Origin: Eledone cirrhosa | Lineage: Eukaryota | DNA length: 64,000 nucleotides | Assembly (NCBI GenBank): GCA_964016885.1 | Contig: OZ024740.1 | Span: 277,326,001 to 277,390,000, forward strand | Direction of reading: 5' to 3' | Shown here: one piece after another, positions 1-21,804 of the stretch | Numbering within the stretch: the stretch's first letter is position 1 | How the letters are laid out: every line of letters starts with the position of its first letter | The notes under the pieces: model-generated | What the model saw: only the letters and a program-made list of their open reading frames with translations | Told to the model about the DNA's origin: nothing | The model's database searches: none | Program-made: the position numbers and the translations under genes

Positions 1-229
1 CCTCGTAAGGATGAAAGGCAAAGTCAACCTCGGCGGGATTTGAACTCAGATCGTAAAGGGACGTAACTATGCTGGAAAGCATGGCGTCCGACCCTCTACC
101 GATACTGCCAATCCACCGCCAAAGTATAATAATTGTGTCTACTTTAGGCACAAGGCCAGCAATTACCCAGTGCATTACTGGTACTTTATTTTATCGACCC
201 CGTAAGGATGAAAGGCAAAGTTAACCTCG
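1..229 (-). mobile_element. Two adjacent partial copies of the abundant tRNA-derived SINE (family A)
   Basis: Reverse complement gives A-box-like TGGCAGTATCGG and B-box GAGTTCAAATCCC, then the conserved body CATCCTTACGGGGTCGATAAAATAAAGTACCAG. Confidence 0.8.
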
Positions 230-349
230 TATAATAATGACATTAATAAAGATCTGGTGATACATAAATCGTTTATTCATTATAATTATTTCAAGAACCA
301 TTGAAATGATTATAATGGGTAAACGATTTATGTATCATCAGTATTAATG

Positions 350-350
350 T

Positions 351-425
<75 letters not shown>

Positions 426-437
426 GTGTGTGTGTGT

Positions 438-505
<68 letters not shown>
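350..505. repeat. (TA)n/(TG)n microsatellite, representative of dozens across the window
   Basis: Directly visible dinucleotide runs. Confidence 0.97.
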
Positions 506-774
506 ATACATAAATACAAACAAACAAATAGCAGCAACGACTGCTTTCTTTAATCACTGTATTAATTGCTTCATTGATAAATTGACAAGCCTAATTCAAT
601 GAAATCGACTTGTCAAGTGTTCGCAAGAATAGCAGTGGTTTTTACAGTTGACCCTGATTGTGTGGATGTCAAAGTTTGTAGCAAGATGTAGATTAGTTAA
701 ATTTAAAACAATACTTGCATTCTACTTTCACAATCAGGGAATGGGTGGAATATGTATGGGATAACATTAATATT

Positions 775-897
775 ACGGTCTGAGTTCAAATCCCGCCAAG
801 GTTAACTTTGCCTTTCATCCTTACGGGGTCGATAAAATAAAGTACCAGTAACGTACTGGATAATTGCTGGCCTTGTGCCTAAAGTAGAAACAATTAA
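775..897 (+). mobile_element. SINE family A, 5'-truncated
   Basis: B-box, conserved body and GGCCTTGTGCCTAAAGTAGAAACAATT tail. Confidence 0.8.
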
Positions 898-999
898 TAT
901 TACAGGCTAGACGCAGGAGACGTTGGACATTGTCCAGGCTTGGTCTGGTCTGATGTTGCAAATTGCTTAGTAGAGTTTTCTCACCTTACTTTCTCTATA

Positions 1000-1217
1000 T
1001 ACGAGGGTCGTCTAAAACGTTCATAGCCTTACTATGAAGGATTGATGCTAGAGCTGGGAAATATTGCATGCATTAATTTCAGCCCTTCTTATTAATAACT
1101 ACATTGTTGCTTTCCAGGTACTATATTGAAAAATAAACCTCATTTGGTCATTCCATGAGAGTATCTTGGTCAGCCTATGAACGTTTCAGCCAGCGAACTT
1201 TTCAGGCGACCATCGTA
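1000..1217. mobile_element. mariner/Tc1-type MITE
   Basis: Imperfect TIRs TACGAGGGTCGTCTAAAACGTTC / GAACTTTTCAGGCGACCATCGTA with TA ends. Confidence 0.65.
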
Positions 1218-1988
1218 CATTCACAAGCAGGGTATGTACGAGATAACATTTAAAATCATATGTTGCGAACCCAAGGTAATGTAAGGAAAGCCGGGAATTG
1301 CCCAGGATTGCTCTGGTCTGATGTTGTAAATTATTTAGAATAGTTTTCCCTCCTTACCTTACATTGTTATCCTTGTTATTGATGTCTATTCTAGTGTTAT
1401 GATTGTTAATGTTGAATAATTGTATTTGACACAGAAATAAAATGAAATAAGTAGAAAGTATATTGATAATCTGTATTTTCTGTTGTAACACTTGATTATA
1501 AATTTAGCCCTTCAGTCGAAGAATGGTTAAATGGGAATATCAGGAAGTATGCTTTAGTTGAAAATATTATATTAAAAATCGATCAAAATATGCTAAAAGG
1601 AAAGACCAGGTGTCCCGGTTCTTTGTAGTATGTAAACATTATCAAACGTTTAATAAACAATCCCTGCAGTTAAGAAAAATGATCGTAAATAGTTAAAGTA
1701 CTTTATGAGAATGAAACCAGATTTGAACAGCTGATAATTTTTCACACAGAAATACATTAAACAACAAATCAAAATACCGTTTATTATTTATTTATACTTA
1801 AAACTGTGCACTTATATCTTACTAATTGAGATAATCAATCGATGGAGAAGGAGAGAGAGAAAGAAAACAAGACAGAGTCAAATTGTTTCAAAATAGTATT
1901 TAAGGGAAATATTAAAACGACATAGCTGAGTAGCTTTGAAAGATCAGATTAGGGAATATTCTAAAAACATACTTTGATTATAGTTAAT

Positions 1989-12465
<10,477 letters not shown>

Positions 12466-12521
12466 ATAATACACATTACTATTTTAATTAGTATATGTAT
12501 TCTTCTGTCTGAATAAATTAT

Positions 12522-12573
<52 letters not shown>

Positions 12574-12623
12574 CACACGCACACACACACGCGCGCACAC
12601 ACGCACGCGCATACATACACGCG

Positions 12624-12689
<66 letters not shown>

Positions 12690-12800
12690 TCCCATAGAAT
12701 ATATATATTCTATATATCTATATATATATGTTGGAATAGAATGAAACGAAATTTCATTTCTCACTCTTAGTACGGCACTTACTACATACATACTTACATT

Positions 12801-12882
<82 letters not shown>

Positions 12883-12893
12883 TAACAGATTAA

Positions 12894-12944
12894 AGTTTAA
12901 GTAAAGGATCGTTGCTTTCACCCTTAGCGGGATCTTCTGAAACT
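12894..12944 (-). ncRNA. Hammerhead-like motif of the PLE terminal-repeat family (CAGAAGA core)
   Basis: Reverse complement: AGTTT-CAGAAGA-TCCC-GCTAA-GGGT-GAAA-GCA...TAC-TT-AAACT. Confidence 0.55.
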
Positions 12945-13338
12945 ATAGTTTTTATATATTTGATGCATATATTATCCTTATTGAGCCCTCTTAGGATTTT
13001 AGTCTTCACGTTTATTGTATATATATATATAATCACTTTGTATTTGTTTGTTAGAAGTAGATTAGATGAAGATCTGTGACGGCTAAATGAGGCCATGAAC
13101 TGGGTTTAAGTCTTCTCCTTGGTCATTCGATTTCTTTATTTGACTTTATAATTTTTAAAAAGTAATTAAAAAAAAACACACAATTGTTTTCCATTTTACA
13201 TATCAGACGCTTGTCAAAAGAAATTAAATTTTAAAATCTAATATCTTTGTTGTTTTGTTCAATGACATTTATGTTATCTTTATTGGCTTCTTTTCTAAAC
13301 AACAATTCCGATGTTACTTATTTTTTGACACCTATTGC

Positions 13339-13809
13339 CAGGGGCCTCGTTTGCCTTAAAAATGTGAGGGACAAACCAACAAGTGTTGATTCTTAAAGGG
13401 GCATGTTAGTATTGCTTATGGTGCCTTTCCCGGACTCTATCACATAATTAAAATTTTACGCTAATTAAATTTTATCAAATGAAGTTCAGATATAAAAAAA
13501 AAAATAAGCTGAAAAAGACTTTATTATATCAAATAAACAAAATTTTTAATTTTTAGCAAATGGCTGTAAATATCGAACGAACAAAATTCAATACCGATTG
13601 CAACTTAGGGTCTATATATATTCATATAAATATATGCACATAAATAAATATGTAAAAATATGTATAATACAGATGTATGACTTGTTAGTGGGATTTTCTC
13701 TGTATTTTAATTGGAAAAAAGTAGGAGGGGGGAGATGGTTTGTCCGCCGCTCCTGAAAAAGTAGGTGGGGGGACTTGTTCCCTGGTACCCCCCTGAAAGA
13801 AGGCCCTTG
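13339..13809. mobile_element. hAT-type MITE
   Basis: TIR CAGGGGCC...GGCCCTTG and 8-bp TSD CCTATTGC / CCTATAGC (7/8). Confidence 0.7.
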
Positions 13810-14537
13810 CCTATAGCCAATAGATATTACTGGCAATGAAGTAGCGTAAATACTGAAGAAAGTAACGAGCACATATCGACGTGGCCTTATACATGAGTCA
13901 GCATGTGATATAGAAAATAAGTGTTTCCCTTGTAAACGATGCGCCTTCGTTTAGATTCCAGAATGGGAAAAATAAACAAAAATTGTTCATAGTTAAAAAA
14001 ATAATTGCTCCCACCATGTATTATTTTTTAATGTAATTTCGTTCCAGTAAATCGAGAAATCTTTCAAGGGAAGTAACTCCGGGACAAAAGAAAACAGAGT
14101 TACTTACCATGGAATCTTTAACGGAGATAGAAAAATAGTCAGTTGAAATACCGCTGGGGATAATAATTATTTATTTTATTCGTGTCTGTAAAATAATATA
14201 TTTCTACTTTTGTACTTGTAAAGACATTGAATTCTGTTACTGATACATACACGTTGTTCATATCCGTCTGCAAGCAACAGTCACTGAAGGAGTTCATCAC
14301 ATGCTTACAATATAAATTTGGCCATTTATTGGATTAAAATTCTGAAAGTAAAAAAGTGATTAACATAATAAACAGGAAAAGCGTAAAAAAAAAGAAAATA
14401 CAGAGGGTTTTGAGAAAACACACGAAAAACGAGGGAGGGGGAAAGTGAGAGCAATTTGTACACACTTCATTGGGTGATGCATATATATATATATATATAT
14501 ACAGAGAGAGAGAGAGAGAGGGGGAGAGAGAGGGGGG

Positions 14538-14640
14538 ACAGTGTCCCAAATAATGTATACACACTTCAACAGCATTCTAATAAATATTGCCTGTACAGGT
14601 AATCAAAATGTGTACACATATTTTAGGGAAACCCTGTATA
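14538..14640. mobile_element. Small Tc1/mariner-type MITE, other copies at ~17905-17985 and ~53315-53407
   Basis: Shared internal sequence TTACCTGTACAGGCAATA and TIRs of type TACAGGGTG...CACCCTGTA, best seen in the 53.3 kb copy. Confidence 0.65.
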
Positions 14641-15244
14641 TAAAAGATGGCGTAAGAATTGCCACGGAGAACTATCAGCAACAACGGCTGCATCAGCCAT
14701 TGCATCATACAAGATTCTTCCTTGGGTGAGATGCTCTCAGCGATACGTCGAACCAGCATTGAGGTATTTGTGTAGCACCATCTCCATTATTCGTTTTTTA
14801 CCGTTGCCCTGCAAATGGTAATCATTTAGGCCGAATAAGAGATGCATGCTGAGTGTTCGTTAGGGTAAAGATGAAGTTCAACACTACAAAGTCGATTTTT
14901 GTGCTATTTACAGTAGTTGCCAGAGTTGCCATTCCCCCCCATTTGTGAGAATCTAGTAAAGAGCCTGGTGAAGTTGTTTGATTCACCACTGAGTGATTAT
15001 GTAACCATAAAGCGTCCGAGAAAGAACTTGGAAACCTAGCTTACCAATGCCTGGATTTATCAACCCGCTAATCTGTTATATGTTCTGTGGTTTTAAAAGA
15101 AGATAAAAATATTTCTCCACAGGTGACTGGGCTTTCTGTGCTGTTTCATCGGTGCAGCACTGTACAAGAATAGAAGCATTTAGTACCTCCCGTTCTGTGG
15201 TATCACCAAGGTGTTTATGGTGGCAACAGAGGCTCAAGGTAGCG

Positions 15245-15560
15245 AAAGGTTGTGTCAGCCTGCATTACAGTGAGATCAGGCGGGTAGCAGAGTTTGCGAG
15301 CCAGCATTACGGTGAGATCAGGCGGGTAGCAGAGTTAAGATTGAGGCAAAATAGACTTATTGTAAATGGAAGTGTGAACTTGAAATACTTTCCAAAGAAG
15401 TAGGATGGAAAGATCCGTGGCGAGATGATGTACCATATCATTTACGAAGAGGTCCGAGCAGAAGAATATAAAGTGAGCAGGACTATACGGCTCAGACTAC
15501 AGGGAAGATGGATGCAAGCAGGGTCTGGTTATCCATGCATCATGTGGGGAAAGGTGCATA
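15245..15560 (+). mobile_element. Remnant of an R2/Hero-like non-LTR retrotransposon (post-RT region)
   Basis: Peptides AELRLRQNRLIV and EEVRAEE...LQGRW resemble, from memory, the Hero-clade segment before the CCHC/REL domain. Includes a short internal duplication. Confidence 0.45.
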
Positions 15561-15702
15561 ATGTTGCTTTACACGAAACATCCATGAATGTGTTATTTGT
15601 ATTCCAGGAACAGTTTGAAAGTCCGTGGGATGGACATTACCTATAATACAAAGAGTCATTCTACTCCATATGTGTGTGCGTATATATATATATATGTGTG
15701 CG

Positions 15703-15758
<56 letters not shown>

Positions 15759-15871
15759 TGTGTGCGTGTGTGTGCGTGCGTGTGTGCGTGTGTATGTGTG
15801 TGTGTGTGTGCGCGTGTGTGCGCGCGCGTGCGTGTGTGTGTGTCTGTGTGCGTGTGTATGTGTGCGTGTTT

Positions 15872-16165
15872 GAAGTCGTGTAGCTTAGTGGTTAGAGAGT
15901 TGGGTTCACAATCGTGAGGTTGTGAGTTCGAATCTCGAATAGGGCGATGCGTTGTGTCCTTAACCAATATATACTTGCTCTAGTTTACTCAACTGTAGAA
16001 ATGAGTTGCGACGATATTGATCCCAAGCTGTATCGGCCTTTACCTTTTCGCTTGAAAACATCGGTGGTGTGGAGGGAGGCGGTGGGCATGCCAGACCGAC
16101 TGCTGCTCTTCTACAAAAACACATTGCCGGGCCTTATTAAAACCCATGGTTATTTATGGCGGAAA
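15872..16165 (+). mobile_element. tRNA-derived SINE family B, other copies at ~50110-50376, ~53028-53300, ~57074-57340
   Basis: A-box TAGCTTAGTGG, B-box GAGTTCGAATC and shared core CTTGAGCAAGACACTTTATTTCACGTTGCTCCAGTTTACTCAGCTG, degraded in this copy. Confidence 0.7.
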
Positions 16166-16190
16166 TAATGTTTTATCCTTATACACACAT

Positions 16191-16226
<36 letters not shown>

Positions 16227-16239
16227 ACACATATATATA

Positions 16240-16278
<39 letters not shown>

Positions 16279-16291
16279 GTTATTTTAATAA

Positions 16292-16364
<73 letters not shown>

Positions 16365-16382
16365 CATATATATATATATATA

Positions 16383-16807
16383 TTTCGTTTCTGAATTTGT
16401 TTAGCAAGATTCTTTATCTGAAATCGTGTGTTGAAACCGATATGGTTATACTTTGGAAGGGTCATGTTGCCAATAAGAAACACACGCACCAGTTGCTTTC
16501 ACTTCAATTTATTATATATTTATAAATTTACAAATTTATAAATTTATAAATTTCTGGTTGGTTGGTTGGTTCCACAACCAGATAGTTGTTTATATATAGT
16601 CATAGTCCTTTCGTCACACACTCTGTGACCTCTTCAGTGACTGGGGATTCCTTTCTTTGTTTCTGTGCCTCTCCTTTGTTCTGTCCTACGCAAAATAGCG
16701 TAGGACAGAACAAAGGAGAATTTGTAAATTTATAAATATATAATAAATTGAAGTGAAAGCAACTGGTGCGTGTGTTTCTTATTGGCAACATGACCATCCC
16801 AAAGTAT

Positions 16808-16815
<8 letters not shown>
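16383..16815. mobile_element. Fold-back element with internal hammerhead and a perfect 22-bp hairpin (16670-16719)
   Basis: Outer inverted arms ~16440-16535 / ~16719-16815, same family as 3687-3925, flanked by (TA)n. Confidence 0.75.
16598..16642 (-). ncRNA. Minimal type I hammerhead ribozyme
   Basis: Reverse complement: AGTCA-CTGAAGA-G-GTCAC-AGAGTGT-GTGAC-GAAA-GGAC-TA-TGACT, with perfect stems I and II. Confidence 0.7.
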
Positions 16816-16870
<55 letters not shown>

Positions 16871-17304
16871 CGGCTCCTTAATTGTAGAGCTAACTCTGTT
16901 GAAAGGACTTGACTGCTGTTTCTAGTTGTCGATAACCCTATTCACGCCACTGGGACGAAGCTGGTATGATGTGTGTATTTCTAGTAGATACAGCACGTGT
17001 TACTGGCCAGTCGCTGATTTGAACTTAATGTGTAAACACAGATGGCTGGACTTCTTCCTTGTTGAAAATCCAAGTATCGGCCTCCGTGGTTTACCATTCG
17101 ATTAATTGGTGAAATCTATTTCTTTAATGGAATATATACGGGGAAGATTAATCATATTATAAGGTATCTATAGGTATCTATATTTGAAGTTCTAGTTAAC
17201 TTTATTTAGTTACCTACCTAGCTATGTGTGCTTACACACTTTTAAAAATTATCCCCTATGATTGTTTCATATGTTTACTTATATGTTAATCAATTTCTAG
17301 TTGT

Positions 17305-17335
<31 letters not shown>

Positions 17336-18103
17336 TTAAGATTAATATGTTTATCTGTTAGAACACGAAAAGTGTGAAACAACAGAATGTTCACTTTTCG
17401 TGTTCTAACATATATGCGTAGCTTCTTAAAAAATGTTTCGGGGATAGCCGTGGTGGTGGTGATCGTATGTCATTGGCTAATTTTCAACCAATCAGAGTAC
17501 CTCTCTCTATATCTCTTCCACTGTTACTTACGCCTGTTTCTCTCTATCTGTTCCGTCTCTATATATATCTCTTACTCTTTCGCTTTGCACTCCTCCCCTT
17601 CAATACCATCTCTCCCCCTCTCTATATATTTGTTACTCTATCGCTGCACGCTCCTCTCCTTCAATATATCAATTACACACGCTTTACACTTCTTTATCCC
17701 CAGCGCCCCTATATATACACCCCCCCTCTCCCGCATCTATATTTTAATGTACCGTTGCACCGTGAATATATGTGTCTATATATATATACATATATATTGT
17801 ATATACACATTCATGTATGTGTATACACACTCATGTATGTATATACACTGGTTTTATGTGTGTATTGTAAATTTGTACTGTTAAAACACGAAACTAACAT
17901 TCGATTGACACTTTGATTACCTGTACAGGCAATAGTTATTAGAATGCTGTTGAAGTGTGTATATATTTTTGGGGGACATCCTGTATATACACACATTATA
18001 TATAATACAATAAACAGATAAATACACACATATATATATGAGCTTATTTAATTATAAATATTGTGAATTTTTAACTCAGTTCAATTATATATATAAATGG
18101 TTT

Positions 18104-18142
18104 CTACAGGACTAGAACTGTTTCATTCGAAAGAAATCATCA
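18104..18142 (-). ncRNA. 5'-truncated hammerhead-like motif
   Basis: Reverse complement: TGATGA-T-TTC-TTTC-GAA-T-GAAA-CAGTTCTA-GTC-CTGTAG. The same 3' part forms a small fold-back at ~24495-24552. Confidence 0.45.
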
Positions 18143-18767
18143 TAATATTGAGAGGGGGGACTAGATAAAATATTTCAAATCAAATGTGTATAAGTTATAA
18201 GTTAAAATGTATAAATAGAGACGATAGTGGAGGTATATCTGTTTAGTGGAACAGTAGACGATAGAATTAAATACAGACGATAATCTCCCTTTAATGAAAC
18301 AGCAGACGATAGAATTAAGGCAATTTAAATTTTAAGCATTTGCATTTTTGCCTTTCATCGTTACGGGGTCGATAAAATAAAGTACCAGTAATACACTGTC
18401 ACTAGACGACTTTCAAATTGAATTGTTGGTTCCATTTCTTTAGTATTTTCAATTGTAGTTATCTACTTAAAAAGCGTTACACGGTTAGAGACATAATTCG
18501 TAAGTTATATCTTCCCTATTAAACCATTGCATTATTTCGCCTACAATAGAACAAAAATGAAATGTTCTTTAAAGAAACAGGAATATAACTTTATAAAAAA
18601 AAAAGTTGCATCCGCTTCTTTTATCATTGATAATTTTTTCGTTTTAATATTAATTGTTTTTTGTAGTTGTTTATATTAAAAATCTTACTGTAATATTTAC
18701 TTAAACGAAGGCAAACATCTAAACTTATAGATTAATCTTGAGCGAAGGACTAGATAAATCTCTCCCC

Positions 18768-18798
<31 letters not shown>

Positions 18799-19914
18799 AA
18801 CGAAGAATGATAAAATTTCAAGCAAAGAGTTTAATTAGGTATATTTTGTAATATTATTAACTAATTATTATAATTAACGCGCATATTTTGCTATCCTCAA
18901 ACACGTTTACACATGGCATGAAATATAACTAATCCGAGATGGCTAGGTTTCATCTTCTAACTGGATATACGAAATCCATTATGTCTTGACAACAACATGA
19001 GGTAACATTATGTTATTCACAGACACACTTTGTACACTGTTCCATATCAGAATGTATTTCCTTCGTCACATTCACAAACAGTATTGAAAATATGTTCTTC
19101 GGCAAATAAAAATGTTTTGTTCATAATATTTCAACTAGCGATTGCTCTACTCCACGCACGACCACCATAAATTAATGATCAGCTCAACACAAGTATTGGT
19201 AGAGCGTCAGACACCATGCTTTGCAGTATTGTTATGGTCCTTTGCATTCTAAGTTCAAATCCTGCCGAGGTTAACTTCGACTTTCATACTTACTAATTCG
19301 ATAAAATAAAGTACCAGTAATGGACTGCCGTAATGGATTTGTGCCGAAAAATATAAAAAATATTAATGTGCAATAAGAGCAAAATATAACGACATTGCTC
19401 AATTATTTTATCTAATGTTGTAATAACACAAGGAAATGTTGTTTGTGTATTTTTTTTATATTTGCTCATAGGCTTTTACAATTTCGCTCAGCCAACAACT
19501 ATTAAAAAGTGAGTTGCTTAAGATAACAATTTAATCACAAATTGTTGCTATCTTTTAATACACTCCAACAAGTCATCAAATTATGTACAATAAAAACAAA
19601 TCTTATTAATTTGCTCAGGGAATATAAAGAAAATGTATATACACTGATAATTGCAATTGTATGTAAATATTTTGTTTTTGTATTGTATATTTTATGTTTT
19701 CTATTATGTATAATATATTGATTTAATATTGATTGTTTTTTGTAGTTGTTTATATTAAAAGTCTGAAAATATTTTTATACATCTTACACTAATATTTATA
19801 AGATAATTTATAATAACAATTACATAATCTAATTACATTACAACGATAATTTATTATTAATATATATCCTGTTTAACTAGAGTTATTACAAGCGTTGCCT
19901 TAAAAAAATATTAA

Positions 19915-20871
19915 ACTAGACATGAAAAATGCGCAAGCTCAAAAGTGCCACAGAATGTTATAATAAACCTTCAAAAGTGTGGGACTAGAGTTGTTGCTAA
20001 AAAATATTGTAATCATTATATATCGTACACTCTGTGGCATCCTTTATAAAAATAGCTTAAACCAACGAAGCCTTTATTTTTACGCTATTTCACTTAGTTA
20101 ATTCTTAGAGTGTAACATATAAAAATAAATACATCTATGTTTAATGTAATAACAGCTATAAATAATTACGTAATATTATTATCATATACTCATAGTAACA
20201 AAATAATTGTGTTGAAACTTAATATGATGCTTATATGAACGATCAAATCTATAATGATAATTTCTTAAATATACTAATAGTAAAATAATTTAGTTATCTA
20301 TTGTTACATTTTCATAGAACTATAATATTAACAATCGTATTGCATTATCAAATTTTTATCACTACAAACTTTCATATTGGAATTACCTTAAGCCAATTAT
20401 TATTACTTCGCTTTCGTACTTTTACAACTGTAGATATTGCGCTGTATCTTATATCTAATATCAATATCTCGTGGTAATTTGCATGAAGTGTAAAATAGGT
20501 TTATTAATAACTTTAATATGAAATGTATTATACAGGGCTGCGGAGTCGGCCAAAAATTGACTGGCTCCAACTCAGGATCCGATACTCCATTATTTCCTAA
20601 ATTTCAGCTCCGCAGCTCTGTTATTATATTAATTAATTTATTTTATAGTTGTAAATGATATTTTTATATGTTACACTCTAAGAATTAACTAAGTGAAATA
20701 GCGTAAAAATAAAGGCTTCGTTGGTTTAAGCTATTTTTATAAAGGATGCCACAGAATGTACGATATATAATGATTACAATATTTTTTAGCAACAACTCTA
20801 GTCCCACACTTTTGAAGGTTTATTATAACATTCTGTGGCACTTTTGAGCTTGCGCATTTTTCATGTCTAGT
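19915..20871. mobile_element. Element with ~212-bp near-perfect terminal inverted repeats (ACTAG...CTAGT)
   Basis: 19915-20126 is the reverse complement of 20659-20871, with about one mismatch by eye. Confidence 0.8.
20533..20620. mobile_element. Tiny hAT-type MITE nested in the 19.9-20.9 kb element
   Basis: TIR CAGGGCTGCGGAG / CTCCGCAGCTCTG and 8-bp TSD GTATTATA / TTATTATA. Confidence 0.65.
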
Positions 20872-20877
20872 ATATAT

Positions 20878-20932
<55 letters not shown>

Positions 20933-21114
20933 ATGTATAGGAATGCGAAATTTGTTTATATATATGTAAATGTATGTCTATATATACATATATAGACATA
21001 CATTTACATATATGTATATATGTATATATACATATATACATAAATATAAGTTTGTATACGTACATACATATATGTATACAGACGTACAGTAGTATGTATA
21101 TATATACAGACATG

Positions 21115-21151
<37 letters not shown>

Positions 21152-21269
21152 CTATGGGTTTGCCGAACATTTATTATAGTGTTCGGTTTGTTTGTAAACA
21201 AACAGCCCGAATTACGCCGTACAGTGTTCGGCAACCATCGTTGCTCTTTTGTTCAACACTAACAAAGGA

Positions 21270-21312
21270 ACGATGAACTAATTTCAAGCTTATTAGCTAT
21301 CGTCAGCATCGT
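21270..21312 (-). ncRNA. Type I hammerhead (inverted copy, stem III mutated)
   Basis: Reverse complement: ACGATG-CTGACGA-TAGCT-AATA-AGCTT-GAAA-TTAG-TT-CATCGT. Confidence 0.7.
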
Positions 21313-21448
21313 TTCATTTTTTTCCATTTATCGTTTTCGGTACGCTCGGCCGACTACCTCACTCGATATGCATATTAGGCTGCTCAGCCGTTAATATGCA
21401 TAAGGAAAGTATATACTTTCAAACGTTCAATTATGTGACAGAAGGTAT

Positions 21449-21491
21449 ACGATGCTGACGATAGCTAATAAGCTTGAAACTAGTTCATCGT
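21449..21491 (+). ncRNA. Type I hammerhead ribozyme
   Basis: ACGATG-CTGACGA-TAGCT-AATA-AGCTT-GAAA-CTAG-TT-CATCGT. Stem I shows a compensatory change relative to the 10812 copy. Confidence 0.8.
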
Positions 21492-21757
21492 TTCTTTGTC
21501 AGTGTTGAACAAAAGGGCAACGATGGTTGCCGAACACTGTACGGCGTAATTCCGGCTGTTTGTATACAAACAAACCGAACATTATAATAAATGTTCGGTA
21601 AACCCATACGTACATAGATATATATGTGTGCATGTATGTATATATATATACATACTACTGTACGTCTGTATACATATATGTATGTACGTGTACATACTTA
21701 TATTTAAGTATCAGCCGTACTCAGAGTGAGATATGAAATTTCGTTTCATTTTTTTCT

Positions 21758-21801
<44 letters not shown>

Positions 21802-21804
21802 GAT

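Larger units (their letters stand above)
21041..21755. mobile_element. Fold-back copy of the 431-nt HHR unit (inverted partial monomer plus full monomer)
   Basis: Arms 21041-21312 and 21449-21706 are reverse complements and the sequence matches 10525-11060. Confidence 0.8.

Noticed and set aside
17356-17410. Perfect 19-bp hairpin (similar one at ~55465-55504) as a miRNA precursor or terminator
   Set aside because: Isolated palindromes in a repeat-rich context with no supporting evidence. Probably transposon remnants.
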